This document shows, in pieces, positions 58,975 through 64,000 of a stretch of 64,000 nucleotides of DNA. Source of the DNA: Ignavibacteria bacterium (GTDB taxonomy: Bacteria > Bacteroidota > Ignavibacteria > Ch128b). Below the pieces are notes generated by a model that had not been told where the DNA came from, did no database searches, and saw only the letters and a list, made by a program, of their open reading frames with translations. Within the stretch, counting starts at the first letter, position 1; the number at the start of each line of letters is the position of its first letter. The stretch lies in assembly GCA_013177855.1 (NCBI GenBank), contig JABLYA010000001.1:1527573-1591572 (forward strand), given 5' to 3'. The translations under genes were made by a program, and so were the position numbers.

Positions 58975-61008
58975 TCACTTTAAGAAGAAAAATTTGCCCC
59001 AGTAAAACTCACCATTTGAAATCTGAATAGTATAAAGATAAAAATTTGATTCGGTCGCGATTTCTCTAAGATTAAATTTGATATTATGTTCACCAGGTCT
59101 TAAAAATCCAGAATAAATTGATCTTACAAAGTCACCTCGATTATCATAAAGATTAATCAAGACAAACTCGGGCTTGAAGGGATTAAAAATATCTTTCGCT
59201 TTTGAAATTTTGAAATTAATTGCGAGCTCCTTTGCAAATGGATCAAACGAACTTTCAGTTGGTGTAAAGGTCTCTTTTGCTCTTGCATAAAAGTTTACAA
59301 GATTAAGCGGGAAGTTTGCTTTAAAGTAATAGAAGTTTCCATTGTATTCACCAACTACAAGTTCCGGCCTCCCATCACCATCAAGGTCGGCAAAGCCAGG
59401 AGATGAGTTTTGTTTTACTTTTACATCTTTGAATAAATCTCTGTTTAATTCGAAGTAAGGTTTTTCTGCAATTCCAGTGTTTTCGAAATAAATTAATCTT
59501 CCATCTCTTCCACCGATGATGAGATCAAAATCACCATCGCGATCAACATCAGCAAAAGTTGGTCGTGCATCGTAGGGGAAACTTACTCTTTCAATTAAAG
59601 AATTATCTGGTTTAAAATTTCCTTTACCTTGATTCAGCATAAATAAATATTGATTGGGCAAACCGCTACAAAATAGAAAATCAGTCAGTCCATTATTATT
59701 AATATCCACAGCTGCTGGTGCACTTTTTTCTCTAAATCTTACATTCTTAAAAGGATTTGCATTCTCGATGTATCCGTTTTTAGTGTTGGTAAAAACATAA
59801 ATTCTGCCGTCGAGTGCACCAGAAATGATGTCTAAATCTCCATCATTGTCATAATCAACAAAAATTGGTGTGCTGAAAGATTGAACTTTTAGTGATGTAA
59901 AGCTTGCAGCTGATCTTCTAAAAACAGGCCTGTATTTGTTTCCAATATTTTTGAAATACTGAAATCCACCTAAATAATCACCGCTTAATAAATCATAATC
60001 TCCATCTTTATCGAAATCGGCAAAAGAAACTGAAGGTGAGCCACCAGCAATTCTAATCGGTTCAAACAATTGAGCTTCAAGTTTAAACTTCGGGTTTTTT
60101 CTTGTTCCGATGTTTCGGTAAAAATAAAGTTCACCATCACCTGAGCCGTATATCAAATCCATATCACCATCATTATCAATATCAGCAAATGTCGGATTTT
60201 TCCAATAAGATTTCTTTTCGAAGTCGCCAAATGTTATTGGTTGTCTAATCCACTTTGGATTTTTTTTAGTTCCAGCATTTATGAAATAAGCAAAAGTGTT
60301 TTGATCTCTTCCTATTAAAATTTCATACTTTCCATCGCCATTTAAATCAACAAAAGCAGGAAATGCATTCAAACCAAGGTCTGCAATTCCTGTGGTTAAA
60401 GCTTTATCTCTAACAAATCTTGGAAAAGTTTTTCTACCTGTGTTTCTGAATCCAATTACAGTTCCTGCGACTGGTCCGCCAAAAAGAGATTCACCAATAC
60501 CGATGAATAGATCAAGATCGCCATCACCATCAATATCAACTAGCGCAGGCTTTGCGTCATTACCGGTAAACTTATTTACCTCAAAAAAGAAATTGTCAAT
60601 CTTAAAAAAGATTGGGTAGTTTTTATCACCAACATTACGATAGAATTGTAATCCTTTGAAAGTACTTAGAATTAAATCATAGTCGCCATCTCCATCTAAA
60701 TCCGCAAGGAATGGATAAGAAGGGGAGTTGTGATATTCTTTTAGATTTACTTCTTTTAGTAAATTATCGTCTCTAATAAATCTCGGTTCTGTTGGGCTTC
60801 CCACATTTCTGAAGAATAAGATATTGCTTAACGATGAGCTTCCAATAAAAAGATCAAGATCGCTATCTCCGTCAATATCACAAAAAAACGGAGAACTAAA
60901 ACTAATAGCCTGAATTTCATTAGGTGTAAAAATGGAATCTATTCTTATCCAATTTTGCGAATATGCAATTTGGATAAAAGTAAGAAGGAGTGAGAAGAGT
61001 AATTTCAT
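58975..61008 (-). CDS. Secreted FG-GAP/VCBS-repeat protein (ASPIC/UnbV-like), probable T9SS cargo
   Basis: Signal peptide; repeated D.DGDGD.DL...G motifs (DIDGDSDLDLFIG, DLDGDGDYDLIL, DIDGDGDLDLFIG, DLNGDGKYEILIG, DIDNDGDMDLIYG, DYDNDGDLDIISG, DVDRDGDFDLIIG, DLDGDGRPELVVG). Confidence 0.55.
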   Translation of the reverse strand: MKLLFSLLLTFIQIAYSQNWIRIDSIFTPNEIQAISFSSPFFCDIDGDSDLDLFIGSSSLSNILFFRNVGSPTEPRFIRDDNLLKEVNLKEYHNSPSYPFLADLDGDGDYDLILSTFKGLQFYRNVGDKNYPIFFKIDNFFFEVNKFTGNDAKPALVDIDGDGDLDLFIGIGESLFGGPVAGTVIGFRNTGRKTFPRFVRDKALTTGIADLGLNAFPAFVDLNGDGKYEILIGRDQNTFAYFINAGTKKNPKWIRQPITFGDFEKKSYWKNPTFADIDNDGDMDLIYGSGDGELYFYRNIGTRKNPKFKLEAQLFEPIRIAGGSPSVSFADFDKDGDYDLLSGDYLGGFQYFKNIGNKYRPVFRRSAASFTSLKVQSFSTPIFVDYDNDGDLDIISGALDGRIYVFTNTKNGYIENANPFKNVRFREKSAPAAVDINNNGLTDFLFCSGLPNQYLFMLNQGKGNFKPDNSLIERVSFPYDARPTFADVDRDGDFDLIIGGRDGRLIYFENTGIAEKPYFELNRDLFKDVKVKQNSSPGFADLDGDGRPELVVGEYNGNFYYFKANFPLNLVNFYARAKETFTPTESSFDPFAKELAINFKISKAKDIFNPFKPEFVLINLYDNRGDFVRSIYSGFLRPGEHNIKFNLREIATESNFYLYTIQISNGEFYWGKFFFLK

Positions 61009-61037
61009 AAGATTAAATTTGGTGGTAGAGACTGGAT

Positions 61038-61388
61038 TTAATTTTTAACTTGTGTGAAATTGTTGACTGCTTCATCAACTGTTGAAAAGATTTTAAATAT
61101 TTTACTCATTCGAGTCATATCTAAGCTTGCAATAATATTTTGATTATTAACAACCAGATGAATATTCCCACCAATTGGGATTAGCCTTTTGTATGAAATC
61201 ACAAGTACTCCCAGAAATGTACTGTCAACGAATTCGCACTTGGAAAAATCAACTATTATGTATTTTTCTCCGTTTTCAATTGCGTTGAAAATGAGTTCTT
61301 TAAAGTCATTTGCCAGATAGATACTTGTTCGTGGAATATTTACATCTACAACGAAAATATCATTTAGTCTATTTGTTCTTAGGGTCAT
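61038..61388 (-). CDS. STAS-domain protein (anti-sigma-factor antagonist-like)
   Basis: About 116 aa with SpoIIAA-like motif IIVDFSKCEFVDSTFLGVLV. Confidence 0.55.
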   Translation of the reverse strand: MTLRTNRLNDIFVVDVNIPRTSIYLANDFKELIFNAIENGEKYIIVDFSKCEFVDSTFLGVLVISYKRLIPIGGNIHLVVNNQNIIASLDMTRMSKIFKIFSTVDEAVNNFTQVKN

Positions 61389-61485
61389 CGTTATTGAGAA
61401 AATTCTTGTAGCTAAAATAAAAAAAATAGACTACATAAGCATTAGTAAGATGCTCAATAAATAAAAAATAAACTCTAGAAACTGA

Positions 61486-61743
61486 TTATTGATTGAAATT
61501 CTTCAACCAATTTTCTAAAGTTGCTTTAGTGGGAATTTTTCCCTGAATAACAACCTTATTATTTACAACTAACGCAGGGGTTAACATAATACCATATTTC
61601 ATAAATTCTTCTGGTTTAACAACTTTCTCAAGTTTTGCTTCTATGTTATTTTCATGAATTACTTCACTGCAAAGTTTAAAGAGTTTTTCACAATTCATAC
61701 AACCAGGACCAAGAACTTTTATATCAAGCATTTTTTCCTCCAA
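61486..61743 (-). CDS. Small thioredoxin-family protein (redox-active disulfide protein)
   Basis: 85 aa, MLDIKVLGPGCMNCEKL CxxC motif, adjacent to arsC. Confidence 0.6.
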   Translation of the reverse strand: MEEKMLDIKVLGPGCMNCEKLFKLCSEVIHENNIEAKLEKVVKPEEFMKYGIMLTPALVVNNKVVIQGKIPTKATLENWLKNFNQ

Positions 61744-61772
61744 ATTTTTTTGATTTTTGATCTGTTTAGTTT

Positions 61773-62207
61773 TTAAGATTTTAATTCATTTGTATAGAAA
61801 TCGAAAAACGCGTTTTTGATTTCATCTCTAACTTTTCTGAAGACAGCTAAAATTTCTTCTTCAGTACCTGTTGCTTCAGCTGGATCTTCAAATCCGATAT
61901 GTAATTGTTTCCCAACTTTACCCATAAATACCGGACAGGTTTCTTTCGCATTGTCGCAGACTGTTATCACGTAGTCAAAAGATTCATTTATAAATTGCTC
62001 AACATCTTTTGGATAATTTTGACTGATGTCTATTCCAATTTCTTTCATTACAGCAACAGCTTTTGGATTTACTTTATCAGCAGGTTTTGTCCCGGCGGAA
62101 TAAACCTCAAGTTCTGAATCAAATGATTTTAAAAATCCTTCAGCCATTTGACTTCTGCAGGAGTTCCCTGTGCAAAGAATGAGAATTTTCTTTTTCATAT
62201 TTTTCAA
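61773..62207 (-). CDS. arsC: Arsenate reductase, LMW-PTP/thioredoxin-coupled type
   Basis: P-loop ILILCTGNSCRSQMAEGF (CX5R) and downstream Cys (TCPVF) typical of LMW-PTP-type ArsC. Confidence 0.75.
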   Translation of the reverse strand: MKNMKKKILILCTGNSCRSQMAEGFLKSFDSELEVYSAGTKPADKVNPKAVAVMKEIGIDISQNYPKDVEQFINESFDYVITVCDNAKETCPVFMGKVGKQLHIGFEDPAEATGTEEEILAVFRKVRDEIKNAFFDFYTNELKS

Positions 62208-62283
62208 TCTCTTAAGTTTTGAAGAATTAATTTTTTAAGATCAAACTATTATAAAAATCTAAAACAAAATCTTTTTAGTTCTA

Positions 62284-63585
62284 TCAGAACAAGGATCCGT
62301 AAATTAATCCACTAATTGTAGCCATAATTATAACAAGCGAAACATAAACAACAGTTTTCTGTGTTCCAATAACGCTTCTTATAACTAGCATATTTGGTAA
62401 AGATAGTGCTGGTCCCGCAAGTAGTAAAGCTAATGCTGGACCTTTTCCCATTCCATTGTTAATCAATCCTTGAAGAATTGGAATTTCTGTCAATGTTGCA
62501 AAATACATAAAAGCACCAGTAACAGATGCAAATAAATTTGAGAATAAAGAATTTCCACCGACTAATTTATAGATCCATTCTTTAGGAATAATTCCACCAT
62601 TACCTTCTGCAGAACCGAGCAGAAAACCAGCTACGAGCACACCCGCACCGAGAAGAGGCATAATTTGTTTAGTAAATCCCCAGGTTTCACCAAGCCATTG
62701 ATTGGGTTCGCCTTCTGTAAAAGTTAATGCTAATGTTGTTGCAACTACTCCGATTACAAAAGGTATAGTTGGATTATTATAAAAGAATATTGCAGATAGT
62801 ATAACTGCAACGACACCAAACAATACATATAACTTCTTTACACCAATTATATATATCAGTGATAATGCAAAACCAAATCCGAACAATGCTGTGATGAACC
62901 ACTTATTCGCATATATAAAATACCAGAAGCCCTCTGTCTCCAGTGGTTTGCCCCAATTTACAAAAACAAGTATTGCAACAAGAATGAAGAAATGAATTGA
63001 AGTTTGCCAGAGTGGTCGTGGTTCTTCAACTTCTGGCATTGCGAGCTGTGTATCAGCTCTTTCTTTTTCTTCTTTACGATAAATGAAGGCCATAATCAGT
63101 CCAATAACCAAACTAAATGAAACAGCACCGATAACTCTTGCAATTCCGAGCTCAAGACCCAGGACTCTTGCAGTTAAAATAATAGCAAGAATATTTATTG
63201 CTGGTCCCGAGTAAAGGAATGCGATTGCAGGTCCCAGACCCGCTCCTCTCTTATGAATACTTGAAAACAATGGTAAAACTGTGCAAGAGCAAACAGCTAG
63301 AATTGTCCCTGAAACCGAAGCAATAAGATATGCTTTCCACTTTTTTGCTTTTGCACCAAAATGTTTTACTACTGATGCTTGACTTATGAAAACAGCAATT
63401 ACCCCGGCAATAAAGAATGCGGGAACAAGACATAAAAGCACATGTTCCTGTGCATACCACTTAGCCAGGGCAAACGCATCAATTATAGAATTACGAAATG
63501 TCTCGTTATCAATGGGCATAAAGTAAGCAAAGAGAAAAAAGCCCATAATTAGTAGAAAAGTTTTGTATTCTTCTTTCCAGTTCAT
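62284..63585 (-). CDS. Polytopic permease of the DUF318/COG0701 type (ArsP-like putative arsenical efflux permease)
   Basis: About 10 predicted TM segments; CSC motif (ILAVCSCTVLPLF) as found in ArsP-type permeases; located between arsR and arsC. Confidence 0.55.
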   Translation of the reverse strand: MNWKEEYKTFLLIMGFFLFAYFMPIDNETFRNSIIDAFALAKWYAQEHVLLCLVPAFFIAGVIAVFISQASVVKHFGAKAKKWKAYLIASVSGTILAVCSCTVLPLFSSIHKRGAGLGPAIAFLYSGPAINILAIILTARVLGLELGIARVIGAVSFSLVIGLIMAFIYRKEEKERADTQLAMPEVEEPRPLWQTSIHFFILVAILVFVNWGKPLETEGFWYFIYANKWFITALFGFGFALSLIYIIGVKKLYVLFGVVAVILSAIFFYNNPTIPFVIGVVATTLALTFTEGEPNQWLGETWGFTKQIMPLLGAGVLVAGFLLGSAEGNGGIIPKEWIYKLVGGNSLFSNLFASVTGAFMYFATLTEIPILQGLINNGMGKGPALALLLAGPALSLPNMLVIRSVIGTQKTVVYVSLVIIMATISGLIYGSLF

Positions 63586-63622
63586 TTTAATCTCAGCAAT
63601 TTGTTATTAAAATTTTTTTGAA

Positions 63623-63994
63623 TTATCTCTTAACTTTTTTTGAGTTCTTTTTTACAGGTTTGGTTTCAGGAATAATTCCAATAACGCAGCGATTATTTTC
63701 TCTTAAGTTTAATCTTTGCATTAATCTTTTTTCATCCTCTTTCATTAGGTCATTTGATAAAAAATCTCTTAAGAAATCAAAAAGAAGAATATTGTTTTTT
63801 GTTGGATTGAGTTTGTAGTATGTCCATAATCCATCTTTTTCGAAAATTAAAAGTCCAGCCGATCTAAGAATGCTCAATGCTTTTGAAATGGTGTATTGGG
63901 GAAGCTGAAGAGCATCCATTAACTCACAAACACAAATTTTTTCCTGACTTTTAATGAAGAGGTTGATTATTCGAAGTCTTGTTTCGTCAGACAA
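63623..63994 (-). CDS. arsR: ArsR/SmtB family metalloregulatory transcriptional repressor
   Basis: Winged-HTH with metal/arsenite-binding Cys pair (CVCELMDALQLPQYTISKALSILRSAGL). Confidence 0.75.
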   Translation of the reverse strand: MSDETRLRIINLFIKSQEKICVCELMDALQLPQYTISKALSILRSAGLLIFEKDGLWTYYKLNPTKNNILLFDFLRDFLSNDLMKEDEKRLMQRLNLRENNRCVIGIIPETKPVKKNSKKVKR

Positions 63995-64000
63995 AGCTTT

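Noticed and set aside
1-64000. tRNA, rRNA and mobile-element genes (transposase, integrase, phage)
   Set aside because: No cloverleaf-like tRNA candidates or rRNA-like conserved blocks were recognised by eye in intergenic regions, and no ORF shows transposase or integrase motifs. A tRNAscan or Infernal run would be needed to exclude small RNAs definitively.

Overview
AT-rich (~35% GC) bacterial chromosomal window, gene content typical of the Fibrobacteres-Chlorobi-Bacteroidetes group (Ignavibacteria-like). This is inferred from many proteins ending in a NYPNPFN-type type IX secretion (T9SS) C-terminal domain, a fused LpxC-FabZ, and a BamA-Skp-LpxD-LpxC/FabZ-LpxA block. All calls are from reading the sequence and ORF translations by eye; no database search was run. 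Layout: (1) 1-14.4 kb, a beta-glucan utilisation locus: TonB-dependent receptor (5' truncated), a large Asp-rich secreted protein, a PorV-like barrel, GH16, GH3, GH5 and a CotH-like protein. (2) 14.8-19.5 kb, hypothetical secreted proteins. (3) 19.5-33.3 kb, housekeeping: M16 peptidase pair, methylmalonyl-CoA epimerase, fbaB, uppS, bamA, two skp, lpxD, lpxC/fabZ, lpxA, lipoate ligase-like, panB. (4) 33.6-37.4 kb, the most interesting candidate system: two tandem Ddl-like ATP-grasp ligases + GNAT acetyltransferase + lysine 2,3-aminomutase, the first ligase lacking any canonical start codon. (5) 37.5-39.5 kb, pncB-pncA. (6) 39.6-49.7 kb, two roughly 1 kb repeat-rich modules in inverted orientation flanking about 8 kb that carries two very large T9SS cargo genes. 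(7) 50-64 kb, icd, an rnf operon (rnfCDGEA, TAT-signal protein, apbE, rnfB, rseC), a secreted FG-GAP protein, a STAS protein and an ars-like cluster. No rRNA, tRNA, CRISPR array, transposase or integrase was recognised.
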